Assembly: GCF_001194135.2 (NCBI RefSeq) | Contig: NC_069001.1 | Span: 24,080,580-24,144,579 of the forward strand | DNA length: 64,000 nt | Reading direction: 5' to 3' | Source: Octopus bimaculoides | Lineage: Eukaryota | Shown: positions 1 to 13,365 of the stretch, one piece after another | Layout of the letters: every line of letters begins with the position of its first letter | Numbering within the stretch: the stretch's first letter is position 1 | Notes under the pieces: model-generated | Database searches by the model: none | What the model saw: the letters and a program-made list of their open reading frames with translations, nothing else | What the model was told of the DNA's origin: nothing | Made by a program: the position numbers and the translations under genes

Positions 1-411
1 AAAATGCCTTCTAATCAATATATCAATACTAACAGTTGACAATGTATCTGTAAAAGAAATGGAGAAACTTTGGAAATACAAAGACCTGGAAATAGAAGTA
101 ACTCAAGTGTGGAGCTTAAAAATAGAAACAATTCCTATCATAGTCGGTGCATTAAGTATGATAACAAAAAGCATTCAGACAATTACATGACCAAAACATC
201 AGGACTTATAAGTGTATGTAACATACAGAAAATAGCCCTGCTAGGCACCACACACATCCTACATAAAACACTTTCAATACAGCAACAATACAGCATCACA
301 ACAAACCACATCACATCCACAAGGCACACAGAGTTTGCACTCAGTAGTGCAATAAAAGCATGTGATAAAAATAAGACTACTGAATAATAATGATAATAAT
401 AATAATAATAA
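1..411 (+). mobile_element. 3' end of R4/Dong-type non-LTR retrotransposon (RLE domain C-terminus, frameshifted) followed by (AAT)n
   Basis: Pieces translate as KEMEKLWKYKDLEIEVTQVWSL / IETIPIIVGAL / IQKIALLGTTHILHKTL, the typical end of a restriction-like endonuclease ORF; (AAT)n at ~383-411. Confidence 0.75.
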
Positions 412-700
412 TGGTTTCAAATTTTGGTACAAGGCCAGCAATTTTTGGGGCGGAAGCAAGTCAGTTGCATTGACCCTCGTGCTAGTATTTATTTTATTGA
501 CCCCAAAACAATGAAGAGTTAAGTCAACCTTGGCAAAATTACTCTCACTCCAGTGTTCAACTGGTACTTATTTAATTGACCCCCCAAAGGATGAAAGGCA
601 AAGTTGACCTCAGTGGAATTTGAACTTGGAACATAAAGACAGATGAAATACTGTTATGCATTTTGCCCAGGGTTGTAATGATTCTGCCAGCTTGCTGCCT
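412..700 (-). mobile_element. tRNA-derived SINE, family A (old tail type), with an internal partial duplication
   Basis: Reverse complement has head GGCAGCAAGCTGGCAGAAT, B-box-like GTTCAAATTCC and body GAGGTCAACTTTGCCTTTCATCC, seen many times in the window; the GACCCC...AAGTCAACC block occurs twice. Confidence 0.8.
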
Positions 701-990
701 TAACTTTCCGCCTTAATAATTAACAATTATTATTATATTCATACATCCACCAAATCAGATAAACCCAGCAATGGAAAGTAATTTCAAATCAGCCCAAAAA
801 AGTTTCTATGCTTTTTCATTTTGATAAAGAATTTTTTCAGGAGGATGTTCTAAAACTGCAAGTCAATTTCAAAACATTGATGCCTTGAAACTGCAAAATT
901 TTGGCAATCACTCTCCCATTTAAAAGCAAAAGCTCATTTCTAGGCATTCAACCTGGACATTAACTTTACTGACTGTTTTTAGCCATTAAG

Positions 991-1389
991 TGTTATTTCC
1001 TATTTGCATAAAAGGGAATGACTACTATTCTCTTCAAACTTTGCTTTTGTTAGCTGGACATCGTTGTTTTGAAACTGACTTATTTTCCATTACATTTCAG
1101 ACAGATTTAGAATGGAGTTGCTGAAGCAGAAATATCATTATCACAAATATATCACAAATATATCTGCTCAGATTTGCTTGTCAGTTGCTTGACCTTAACC
1201 ACTTGAGCATGTACCTTAGTGACTGACAATATGTTCATCTCTGATCATGAGCAGGAGTAGTGGGGGAGCATCACAGCCATGTCTTGAGAGGGATTCTTTG
1301 TGGTTTGAATAAACGTAACAAAAGCAGAGTTTGAAAGGAATAGTAACCATTTTTCATACTTTCTAGGGGTAAACAAACAGGAAATAACA
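991..1389. repeat. Segment bounded by imperfect ~60-bp inverted repeats (MITE-like)
   Basis: TACTATTCTCTTCAAACTTTGCTTTTGTTA (1023-1052) pairs with TAACAAAAGCAGAGTTTGAAAGGAATAGTA (1316-1345) at 27/30; TGTTATTTCCT (991) pairs with AGGAAATAACA (1379-1389). Confidence 0.5.
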
Positions 1390-2974
1390 GTTGCTACCCA
1401 AGGACAGAACTCCTGTTACACAGTGTTATGGATATATGAATTATTTCTCCTACCTGTATTGAATAACACATTTATTATGACTTGTAAGATCTCTGAAATT
1501 TAACTTTTATAAATATTAATATTCCTACTTTGATGCATGAATTTATAGATCTTCATAACTTTGTTTCATCATATTAAAGATTTAGATGCCTTTGATTTCA
1601 TTCCACAGTTAAATTTAATACAAGTCTAACACTTGAACAGTTGTTGTGACAATCATAATAATATTATAGATATTTCTTTTAAAAGATTCTAATAAATCAA
1701 ACATTTATCTAAAAGGAGAGTTTTTAGAATGTGCTTAAGTTCACTAAGTCATGAAGTGTAGAAAATCTGATTTGAACTGTTGACCCTCAACAGCCAACAA
1801 CCAGATGAACAACTCCATCATCTTTTTCAACTCCCAACAGCCTGAAGCCTGAAAATTTTTCAATCCTCATGGCAAATGAACCTATTGACATTCCACTAAC
1901 TTTTCTTCATAAATCATTCTCAATAATGATCTTTAACAATTCTCTTGGATTCCACGTTTTCAACATATTTATTTCTGTAACACTTGCATATCATTTATTT
2001 CTTTGACATACAATCGCTAATGTAAATCCCAGAATATTTACTCCACTCACTTGCACTCAGGCTTTCTTCTCATGGTCATCATTTCACAAATCCATCAAAT
2101 CACGTTCAATTGTATTCTTTTCTTGTTACAAGAAAATTATTTTTCCTAACCGTTAAAGTTTCTCAAGAAACCTTTGATTATATAGTGTTGTGAAAATGTT
2201 CTCTTCTCTGTTGATAAGTAACGAATGATGCTTTATCTCACTGGGGGTGTTATGTGCCTTTAATAAAACTCCAAAACTTCTCTAACCAAGTGAAGAACAG
2301 GGATAAAACAGTGGGGGATGTCATGTTGAATTAACTGAAAAATGACTGACTATTGAGATAAAATCCTCTTAAGTGGGATACAGGATTAAAATAGATTTTG
2401 TAGCCATCTTCTTTCAAATAATCTGTAAATTGTAGTCACATGTATTGTAGAAACAATTCTTCTTTGGCTACCTGATGCATTTATAGAAAATTTAAAAGGT
2501 TAGTTCATAGATATAATATCAAAGATTGGTTGTATATCATTTTTGTTCATTTTCCTATTTGCCAATGAAGAAAATGGATTCAACAGAACTTGCTGGCAGC
2601 ATGAAAGCATTATGTACCTGAATGAGCTTGTGAAAATGTACATCAATGAATCAAATTAGATGAAATTTGTTATAGAAATGTTATGGAAAATGTACATAGA
2701 TATTTTCATGCTTTTATGTCAATGGAATAATTTGCGTTATGAAGTTAAATGTGAGCAAACAGATAAGGGGCCATCACAGGAAGAAAAGTCAGTTAAATGT
2801 TCATTTTTATTGGGTTGAGGCTAGGCTCAAGTAGAAGTTAATTGCTCTCAAGAGAGAATGAAATGTGAGCAAAATAACATTTGACACATGATTGATACCA
2901 GAATAAAAAGTCAGAAGTGAGAGAGATATACCTCTGTTGAGTGAAATATACCCAAGTAAAGGAGAGAAAGATAA

Positions 2975-3050
<76 letters not shown>
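2975..3050. repeat. Compound microsatellite (TA)n-(GA)n
   Basis: Directly visible. Confidence 0.95.
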
Positions 3051-3055
<5 letters not shown>

Positions 3056-3300
3056 GAACGAGAACAAGATCAAATTTCATGTCATTATATAAAAAAAATG
3101 ACCCTTCACTGGTCTTTGGTTGGTCAAAACAACACACATAACAAGAGTGAACAAAGCTGTCAGCCATCAGAATGGCATCCCTGTATCAACATTGACAGTC
3201 CACTACTTGATGGTCAGTTTTTTTATGTTGTTGGAGAGAAAGACACATTAATCATATAACATAAAAACAAATATTAATATCTATCTATCTTTATTTATTC

Positions 3301-3344
<44 letters not shown>

Positions 3345-3347
3345 ATA

Positions 3348-3382
<35 letters not shown>

Positions 3383-3701
3383 GCATATATATCTGCACAT
3401 ATATGGGTGTGAGTGTTGTGTATGTGCATGTTCATGTGCCTGTTTGTTTTAATTTTGCTAATTTCTATGAAAGTTATGACATGTCAGGCATGTTGCTGCC
3501 AATTCATTGGTGAACAAATCATCTGCTTCCTTTATGCCTTCATTTCTGTGTGGAATAAACGAACCCTTGTTCGAAAAACAGTTATGTGTGAGCAACAAGA
3601 AGGGTATGTGGTTGTAAAACAATACATCAATGACATTTGCCTAACCCAAACAAGCATGAAAAACGTATGCAAAATGAATACATACATATATATGTGCATA
3701 C

Positions 3702-3732
<31 letters not shown>

Positions 3733-3781
3733 CATGCGTATGTGTGTATATATATAATTATATATATATATATATATATAT

Positions 3782-4150
3782 ATAAGCAACAAGGATATTC
3801 AAGGTTAATGCAGTACCACCGTTTCATGCAACTCCATTTATTTAAGCAATGTGAGCATTACATTAAATGTAAAATGCAGAGCAATCTTCAGCTGTACAAA
3901 GATACTAGCCTGTTTGGTCTGGCTAAATCAAAATGGTTTTTTGTATTCTTCCTTCCCACTTAGTTTGTTTAAATGTAGTTACAATAATATGTCATTCTAC
4001 TGAAATGAAATTTCAGTAGATTTTCTGTATCTTTGTGCAGCTGAAAATTGCTCTGCATTTTACATTTAATGTAATGCTCACATTGCTTAAATAAACGGAG
4101 TCGCATGAAACGATCGTACTGCATTAACCTTGAATATCCTTGTTGCTTAT
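3782..4150. mobile_element. Fold-back element/MITE: two 124-bp inverted arms around a 121-bp spacer
   Basis: 3782-3905 is the reverse complement of 4027-4150 with only a handful of mismatches; TA at both ends; small internal hairpin 3996-4020. Confidence 0.7.
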
Positions 4151-6220
4151 TTTTGATTTTTAATCACCTTATTTTGGAATTGTTTGGTTAATACCATACT
4201 TAATTCTGGTACCTAAACTTAAGTACCATATTCACCTTGAATCATATATATATATGTATATATATATGTATGTATGTATGTATACACAACACACACATAC
4301 ATATGACGTGGTACCCAAAAGAAATCAGGATTTTGCAATGTTACTTCATTCGCCTAGTTTTACATGTTTGCACTTTTATTACTTGGTTACCGGGTTTGTG
4401 ATTAATCTTTATATTTTGTATCTTTTTATTTGTCTTGTTCGATTATATATATAATCAATGTTAAATCTCTGAACGAGGTAGTAACAGTAACTGCACGACA
4501 AGGTGAAGTATATTTGCCACTTAAATGCGACTGGCCCCTAAGGGTGGATGTTACTGTTGCTTTTAGCCCCAGGAGAACATCTCCTCCAGCTGGCTATTGA
4601 CACACATCTGTGTCCTGTCTGTATTTGCAAAGGGAAGTCATCCTTCCCATCTTGATCTGTGATACACACGGACTCGAGTTTCTGGGTATTTACCTGTCCT
4701 CAGCGTACGACAATCGCCGATCTTCGATGCAAAAAATGTCTTGATATATATATGCAAAGATATATTCGCATACACACATGCAGACACACACACAAACACA
4801 CACACACACATGTGTGTATGTATGCAAACACATACTCGCATACATATGTAGGTCTGTGTATATTATTTATAAACATTTGTCTGACCTGATGCAACATTAG
4901 AATTTGCATTCTCAGAGTGCTGTAAAGCGGTATTGTAACCCCAAGCCCTTTCGTTGGAAAGTGGACTTTTTATTTAACCAAACATTTTGCCTTTCACCAA
5001 TAGATACATAGTATGAAAGAGATTGTAAGATATTGGTTCTGGCATATCAACAACTTATTTAGTTTTGAAATTTATTTCTCTCTATTTAAGAAAAAAAAAA
5101 AAAGAGAGAGTTACATGTAAGGCGCACATTTTGTTGAAGCTTAAAAAATATAATAATGACAAAAGAATAAAATTAGATTTATCAAACTACCAACGTTGGC
5201 AATTTATAAAAGAAGATTATTCATTCTCAATGGATTGCTACATGAAGTGCTACCAGCATTTAAAAAATGTGTTTTGCATATCATGCTGTGGTTAACACTA
5301 GTTTTTGTTTATTTTCCCTACTGTTTTGTCATTGATTGATGATAGCAATGCTCAGTTTATTAAAACCTCAATTCTGTTTGTCAAACAATATGAAGACTGA
5401 CGAAGGTGTTATATTTATGTATGTCTCCTATAGAACAAAAATTGCCATTTAATGATAGTCGGTTTTCTCTCTGAGTGTCTGTCACAGGAAATGTAGATGC
5501 ATCGATTTTCTTCTTTTTACTCTGTTTTTCTCCTGAGGTTTTTTAAATTTTATTCTCATGCTGATATATTTTAAATTTTTATTTAAGCCTATTTTCTTAC
5601 TTTATTTATAACTGTTTACATAGATTTAGTTTTTTTTTAATCCTAATTTCAAGCTATTCTTTATTTGTATTTATTTCAATATAAATATTTCTGTGTATAT
5701 ATAGACGTGAAGTAATAATTTTTAATCACACGAATAAATATGTAGGAATATGTAAGCATATGCTAGTACAGATACAAATATCCACATACTAAAAGGTATT
5801 TAGAAATAGTTTGAGTGAGGAGAGAAGTGTAGTGGGGACAATTTTCATACCTCCATACATTGGAAAACAGATGCACATATTATTCTTATTTTTTTTATTC
5901 TTATCATTATCATTATTGTTATTATTATTTTCTGTATGAAAATGCTAAGATCAATGTATGTGGTTGTATATGCCCATTTTTACATTGATATATGTTCATG
6001 TAGTGCAGTTCTGTGTGAGTGACTATGTGTTAGATAAATCGAATTTGCATTAGTGTGATACTGTGCTTTGAATTTTAGTTATAAATGTTTATGTACAACT
6101 CTCCTTCAATGTCTCTACGTATCGATATGTGTCTCTGTTATATGAATTAACAAAATGACTCATTATATAAAGTGTCCGTCCAGTGTATATACATGTGTAT
6201 ATGCATGTATTTAGATGTAT

Positions 6221-6268
<48 letters not shown>

Positions 6269-6481
6269 TAGTAGATGTGTGTGTGTGTGTGTGTGTGTGT
6301 GTCTATATATGTATATATTTATCTGTCTATCTATCTATATATATATATATATAGATATATATATATATATATTTATATGTATGTGTGTGTGTGTACGTAT
6401 GTATATATATGTGTGTGAGCGTGTGTATGTATGTATACATATATATATATATATACGTACAGACATTCATACTTACATACA

Positions 6482-6649
6482 NNNNNNNNNNNNNNNNNNN
6501 NNNNNNNNNNNNNNNNNNNNNNNNNNNNNNNNNNNNNNNNNNNNNNNNNNNNNNNNNNNNNNNNNNNNNNNNNNNNNNNNNNNNNNNNNNNNNNNNNNNN
6601 NNNNNNNNNNNNNNNNNNNNNNNNNNNNNNNNNNNNNNNNNNNNNNNNN
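6482..6649. other. Assembly gap (168 N) inside a (TA)/(CA) low-complexity tract
   Basis: N run. Other gaps: 7973-8829, 16719-16728, 24866-25210, 34333-35228, 36456-36555, 43113-43122. Confidence 0.99.
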
Positions 6650-6692
<43 letters not shown>

Positions 6693-6780
6693 TATACATA
6701 CATACATACATATATATATATATATACATATATATATACATATACATATAGATACATATATGCATATATATATACATATG

Positions 6781-6818
<38 letters not shown>

Positions 6819-6961
6819 TATGTATGCTTACAAATGTATTTTTCTTGCTTTTGGACAATGTACCATGAATTATACCACATGACCATCTTTTGAACATTAC
6901 TCAATGGGGCTTCTGAAAAGCTTGTGTAATTGCAACAAGCATCCTCCCTCCACAGTCTCCA

Positions 6962-6995
<34 letters not shown>

Positions 6996-7354
6996 GTGTA
7001 TACTTATGTTGCTGTATGAATACATAAACACACCGGGCGGACACAGTGTTGTATTAATTTCCTATCTGTAATGAATTTTATTTGTGGTGCCAGATAATCC
7101 TCTAACCTCACACTGACCTTACCACTGCTTGCCAAAATAAAAAGAAAGAGCAAGAGACACAGGGAAACAGAGAGAGAGAGAGAGAGAGAGAGAGGAGAAT
7201 AAAAAAGAGAAGGAGTGGAAAAGCAGGAGAAGAGGGGGTGAGTGAAGGAGAGAGGGGGAGAGAAGAGTGAAGGGAGAAGTGTGGTGTGGACAATTTTCAT
7301 ACCTCCATACATTGGAAAACAGATGCACATATTATTCTTATATTTTATTATTCA

Positions 7355-7399
<45 letters not shown>

Positions 7400-7451
7400 G
7401 TTGCTGCTCTTCTTGATCTGCCTGCAGTGTGTTTAAGGAGTTTTCCAACAA

Positions 7452-7495
7452 GTGACCTTTGTAACCACTACCACCATTACAACCACTACTACTAT

Positions 7496-7528
<33 letters not shown>

Positions 7529-7550
7529 AACCACCACCACCACCACCACC

Positions 7551-7592
<42 letters not shown>

Positions 7593-7610
7593 GCTACCAC
7601 CACCACTACT
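7452..7610. repeat. Compound triplet microsatellite (ACC)n/(ACT)n
   Basis: Directly visible; source of the poly-T/H/Y/S/V ORFs. Confidence 0.95.
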
Positions 7611-7917
7611 TGTGTTGTTGCTGCTAGCACTCACACGCTATCATTGTTATATACAAATGTATGTCGCTATCATTGTTAATTTTATAAGAATCACAAATAT
7701 CTTCACTAACCCTGCAAAAACTGTCACCATCACCATCACTATCATTTCCTCAATATAAGGTAGAATAATTATTTCAACAAGCTGAAATCAATATAAAAGA
7801 GCTTAGGACACACAGATAATGTGTACAGCCTAGACAGCACATTAGAGATGTTATAGATGTAACCAAGGAGTACTTGGCCAAGAAATCGTTACAGAAGAGT
7901 TAGTAAAGTGGACATTA

Positions 7918-7972
<55 letters not shown>

Positions 7973-8829
7973 NNNNNNNNNNNNNNNNNNNNNNNNNNNN
8001 NNNNNNNNNNNNNNNNNNNNNNNNNNNNNNNNNNNNNNNNNNNNNNNNNNNNNNNNNNNNNNNNNNNNNNNNNNNNNNNNNNNNNNNNNNNNNNNNNNNN
8101 NNNNNNNNNNNNNNNNNNNNNNNNNNNNNNNNNNNNNNNNNNNNNNNNNNNNNNNNNNNNNNNNNNNNNNNNNNNNNNNNNNNNNNNNNNNNNNNNNNNN
8201 NNNNNNNNNNNNNNNNNNNNNNNNNNNNNNNNNNNNNNNNNNNNNNNNNNNNNNNNNNNNNNNNNNNNNNNNNNNNNNNNNNNNNNNNNNNNNNNNNNNN
8301 NNNNNNNNNNNNNNNNNNNNNNNNNNNNNNNNNNNNNNNNNNNNNNNNNNNNNNNNNNNNNNNNNNNNNNNNNNNNNNNNNNNNNNNNNNNNNNNNNNNN
8401 NNNNNNNNNNNNNNNNNNNNNNNNNNNNNNNNNNNNNNNNNNNNNNNNNNNNNNNNNNNNNNNNNNNNNNNNNNNNNNNNNNNNNNNNNNNNNNNNNNNN
8501 NNNNNNNNNNNNNNNNNNNNNNNNNNNNNNNNNNNNNNNNNNNNNNNNNNNNNNNNNNNNNNNNNNNNNNNNNNNNNNNNNNNNNNNNNNNNNNNNNNNN
8601 NNNNNNNNNNNNNNNNNNNNNNNNNNNNNNNNNNNNNNNNNNNNNNNNNNNNNNNNNNNNNNNNNNNNNNNNNNNNNNNNNNNNNNNNNNNNNNNNNNNN
8701 NNNNNNNNNNNNNNNNNNNNNNNNNNNNNNNNNNNNNNNNNNNNNNNNNNNNNNNNNNNNNNNNNNNNNNNNNNNNNNNNNNNNNNNNNNNNNNNNNNNN
8801 NNNNNNNNNNNNNNNNNNNNNNNNNNNNN

Positions 8830-8875
<46 letters not shown>

Positions 8876-9321
8876 GCATGTATATATATACATATATATA
8901 TATACACACACACACATATATACATATATATACACACATGCACACATATATATATAATATAGTAAAATAAAAAATTTATTAAGATCAAAGACTAATGAGG
9001 AAATGAAAAGCTATTATCTTGGTGATTAATTTCTAGGCACTATAATTTGAAGATAAGCTAGTGACATTAATTAAAATTAATCAAAAACAATACATTTTAG
9101 GGTGAAATTGACCTTTAGCATGTTAGTCACAACTTCAGATATGTTTCTGCATATGTAGACCTCATCAGAAAAATCATAGTCTGACCAACATCGTTCAGGC
9201 AGACCACCAGGGTCTGTCTTTTGGTCATTTATGGGGAATTTCATGAGATTGAGAAACTCACTAAAGTTTTTCTTTTACTTAAGACAATCTAAAATGCAAA
9301 TCAATTAAAATGAATAAACGA

Positions 9322-9720
9322 GTAGGCACAGACATGGCTGTATGGTAAGAAGTTTGGTCCCTAGCCACATGGCTCTGGGTTCAGTGCCACTGCATGGCAG
9401 CTTGGGAAAGTGTCTTCTGCTGTAGCTTCAGGCCAACCAAAGCCTTGTGAGTCGATTTAGTAGACAGAGACTGAATGAAACCTGTTGTATGTGCACATGT
9501 GTGTGTGTCCTCCATCAGTGCTTGACAACCAGTGTCGGTGTGTTTACATCCCCATAACATTAGCAGTCCAGCAAAAGTGATTGATAGGATAAGAACTAGG
9601 CTTTACAAAATAATAAGTGCTGGGATTGATTTATTTGACTAAAAATTATTCATGGCGATGCGATGCTCCAGCATGACTGTAGTTTAATGAGTGAATCAAA
9701 AAGGAAAGATGAAAAAAAAA
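9322..9720 (+). mobile_element. tRNA-derived SINE, family B (internal microsatellite), old full-length copy
   Basis: Head GGCTGTATGGTAAGAAG..GGGTTCAGTGCCAC, CORE-like CTTGGGAAAGTGTCTT, central (TG)n, tail GCTCCAGCATG..; same layout as many other copies here. Confidence 0.8.
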
Positions 9721-9899
9721 AGATGAGTTATATTATACAACTATTGGAACCTGTAGAAATTCCACAGAACATAAAAGATTAAGAGAAGCTATTCAGGAAA
9801 GAAAAGATGATTTGCCTTTTTATTTATATTTTGCTAAGTTATTTCAATTCCATTCACAATGATATATTATATGATTTAAAAATTTCCCTCTGCTAAGCA

Positions 9900-10775
9900 C
9901 TTTATATTTCTTTCTTTCTCTCTACCTCTTCAACAAACTTCTTAACCATGTAATTCTCATTTTCATGTCTTCAACATTTCTCTTTTTCTCTTCACCTTTC
10001 ACTTTCACTAACCACATGAATGACAGCATTCTTCATCGGCTGGCTATCTGCTCTCTCACTCACTCTCACATTCTCTCTTCCTCTCTCTCACTCAACCCCC
10101 TCCTCCTTTCTAACAAACTGAAGCATAAAGTGAACAAACAGGTAGAAGGATTATATTATAGATTTAATTCAATAAAAAAATTACTTTTGACTATCAAAAC
10201 ACTACCAATACCACCATCATCGTCATCACTATAGTTTACAGTAATAAAGCTCATTTCATTTCAGTTCAGCTGTCTGTTTATATCTACTTTTTCTTCCAGT
10301 CAAAGTATCTCTACTCTGACAATACAAATGCTATCTGCCTCTCACTCTCTCTCTCTCTCTTAATGTAACTGCCTTCTCTGTCCATCTCTCTCTCTGTGCC
10401 TTTCTTTAAACTCACCACCAGAACATCACCCTCTACTGAATATTGCATCCTAAACATAACTCTTTCTCTTTACCTTTCCTCCCCACCCTACAGCATGTTG
10501 TTAGCACTTCTCTCTCCCTCTTTTCTCTCACCGTCATTTACTCTCTCTCTCTCTCTTCACTTCTGCCTTCAATTAACCACATGATGCATTTGGCCTTATT
10601 AAACATCTTTGTCTATTTCTTCCTTATTTCTATCTTCTCTACTCACATTCCTCCCCCTCTCTCTCTCTTTATCTCACTTTTACTCCACCTCTTACTCACT
10701 CCACTTCTCACTCTCTCCACCCCTCACTCACTCCATTTCAACCTTTCACTCACTCCACCTCTGCCTCTCTAACTA
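9900..10775. repeat. CT-rich low-complexity tract
   Basis: Long pyrimidine-rich degenerate (CT)/(CTCA) sequence; explains the Leu/Ser-rich ORFs. Confidence 0.85.
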
Positions 10776-11179
10776 ACTAAAGTATAACAGTTGAAAGAAC
10801 AAGCAGATTATTATATAGATGTATGGTTGGTCTTGTAATTTAAACAATTTTGTGTCCTTTTATGTTGCTGCATTTTTAGAGTAAATACCTGAGTACTGAT
10901 GGGGCTGTGGTACTTCAATTCTGAATGCTGGAGATGATGCCTCATCACGCTGTGAAGCACCTTTGTAGGTGTTTTGGCCCCTTTCCATGAAAACTCATTC
11001 AGAGCTACCTGGGGCCACCCCCTGATATTTTTAAACAAAACTCTTGCTCAACAACACAAGCTCTGATGAGTCAGATGTTGTGACACTGGGCCAGATGTGT
11101 CTACCATTTACACTGCTCATTCTTGCTGCATCACTTGTCCTCTCGCTTGATATAATAGTTTGCTTTCTCAGTGGTTTGT

Positions 11180-11708
11180 TCTTTTATTCTTTTACTTGTT
11201 TCAGTCATTTGACTGCAGCCATGCTGGAGCATCGCATTTAAGGACATTTTATTTAAAGAACTTGACCCCAGGATTTATCCGTTGTAAGCCTAGTACTTAT
11301 TTTATTGGTCACTTTTGCAAAACTACTAAGTTATTGGGACATAAACACACCAACATCGGTTGTCAAGTGATGGTGGGGGACAAACACAGGCACAAAGACA
11401 TACATACATACATACATACAAACAAAAACTACCCTTTTCTTGATGTTGAAATTCCGATGAAGGAGCCTTGGATCTAGGTTAGAAACTGATTCTTTCTCTA
11501 TCAGCAAGAAATCTCGAAATAAACTGAATAATAACATACATACATACATGCATATATATATATATATGCACACACACACACACACACATATATATTTATT
11601 CGTACAATGGGTGTCTTTCAGTTTCCATCTACCAAATCCACTCCAAAGGCTTTGGTCAACCTGAGGCTATAGTAGAAGACATTTGCCGAAGGTACCACAC
11701 AGCCACAC
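11180..11708 (-). mobile_element. SINE family B with a ~115-bp foreign insert (11421-11535) in its microsatellite
   Basis: 3' half 11180-11400, (TACA)n, insert, (CA)n, then 5' half 11590-11708. Confidence 0.75.
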
Positions 11709-11717
11709 TTACAATTT

Positions 11718-12660
11718 TCTGGCAACATCTTTTGTTTCTTTGTGACTAATCCAAGACTCCTGAGCATTGATTGAACCCTGGTTTCAACAAATCCTCTAAT
11801 ACTGATCTCTTCAGGATGACACATTGTCTGCTATCCATTGTTTGCACAGTTCAACCATCTCACTCCATTTTATGTCTTTCTTAAGTAAAGTGATTCTGAT
11901 ATTTGCGTCTGGAGAACTGTCACCCCTAACATCATTACCACCTTCCTTTCTTTGCACTAAAAGACAAGGTCAGGCCTCTTGGTTCTGAAAGGTGAGAAGT
12001 GTTATTTACCATGAAGGTCAACAGGTCTCTCCCAATATGAATCAGTTTACTTCCTTACTGTGAATGGCTGGCCTGAAGCATTCATTCACCTTCCTTGCCA
12101 AATTTTTATCTTACTTTACCTTCCCATGCTCTCCTACTTGTGGTCTTTCACCATTGTTAATTCACTATACTGCCTCAACTGCTGCAACAGTCAGTACTGT
12201 AAGTACTTCATTATGCCACGGTATGTGCCAGTACTCATGGCCTGCTGGGCAACTGCAGACTATGTGCCAATGTGCCTCACCATTCCAACCTTTCCACATT
12301 TGCTCCCTTCTATTTTCCAACGCTTAAAGTTTGCAGGAGTAAGAAGCATATTATAGTGGAATGAACCAGATAAACTGATTCCTGCAGGCTCCCATGACCA
12401 AAGTTCTTTTCATCTTAACTGTTACCCAACCACAAATTTCTTCTAAGCAGTCCACTGTTACTGTTGGCTACATTTTTACCAATTTCATATGGTGGCTTTT
12501 CACCTCTTTTCTTTATACCTACTTGGCTACTGTTTTCCTCTTCTCATTCATGGCATAGTTTAAACTCATTGCTTCCAAGTCCTTCCCTGTTAATCTGTGT
12601 GTTCCCCATAATCATGAAACACCACAAACTTTCCCAATGTCTCAGAAGCTATTCGTACGA
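11718..12660 (-). mobile_element. Degenerate HERO-like (RLE-class) non-LTR retrotransposon: CCHC knuckle plus endonuclease
   Basis: Minus-strand pieces read LHYNMLLTPANFKRWKI, a decayed Cys/His knuckle, Y-W/R-HNEVL, RTKRPDLVF and CHPEEISIRGFVETRVQSMLRSLG; many stops and frameshifts. Confidence 0.65.
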
Positions 12661-12773
12661 TTAAAAGGGAATTCATATTCCGTGGTCCTTCAGGATTTTG
12701 TAGGTAACTTTTTCAAAGTGAAGGTTGTACATCATTGTTCCAACTATTACTGCAATATCTGAGAATAACTCTA

Positions 12774-12893
12774 AGATGGTGAGCTATCAGAATCGTTAGA
12801 CTGTCTGGAAAAATGCTTTGTGGTATTTCATCCATCTTTACATTCCGAGTTCAAATTCTGCGAAGTTTGACTTTGCCTTTCATCACCTGACCT
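12774..12893 (+). mobile_element. SINE family A, 5' fragment
   Basis: GGTGAGCTATCAGAATCGTTAG..GAGTTCAAATTC..GACTTTGCCTTTCATC. Confidence 0.75.
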
Positions 12894-13012
12894 AAATATA
12901 CATACATGCTTGTATACAAGCATACTAGTATATACATGTACTTACATGCATGCATGTGTACATTCATTCTTGCATGCATGTATACATACACATGTATGTA
13001 TATAAATATGTA

Positions 13013-13365
13013 TCATCATTTAACGTCTGCTTTCCATGCTGGCATGGGTTGGACAATTCGACAGGGGCTGGCAAGACCAGGGGCCACACTAGGCTCCATT
13101 GTCTGTTCTGGCATATTTTCTACTGTTGGATGCCCTTCTTAATATCAACCACTTTACAGAGTGCATTGAGTGCTTTTTATATGGCACCAGCACCAGTGCT
13201 TTTTATGTAGAATCAGCATCAGTGCTCTTTACATGGCACCAGGACTGGTATCAATTCTGCTGTGGTGGATGGGTCTTCTTGAATACAGCAAGGCACCAGA
13301 TATCTCAGTCCTTTGCCAACTCCTTCATAAGGTTCAGTGGCTTGAGATCAAGTCTTCAATACAGA
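13013..13365 (-). mobile_element. RTE-type LINE 3' end with tandem 3' UTR units
   Basis: CATCATTTAACGTCTGCTTTCCATGCTGGCATGGGTTGGAC is the reverse complement of the recurring (GAT)n-tailed RTE terminus; ~26-bp unit repeated three times at 13170-13250. Confidence 0.75.

Noticed and set aside
6183-8988. Long ORFs (up to 357 aa) around 6.2-9.0 kb, and likewise at 24.8-25.3 kb and 34.3-35.3 kb
   Set aside because: They are open only because they run through N gaps and (TA)/(CA) repeats.
9197-9232. GC hairpin followed by Ts (terminator-like)
   Set aside because: Eukaryotic context with no upstream gene; expected by chance.
11060-11100. CTGATGA followed by a GTCA/TGAC stem (hammerhead-like)
   Set aside because: No GAAA after the stem and no stems I or III.
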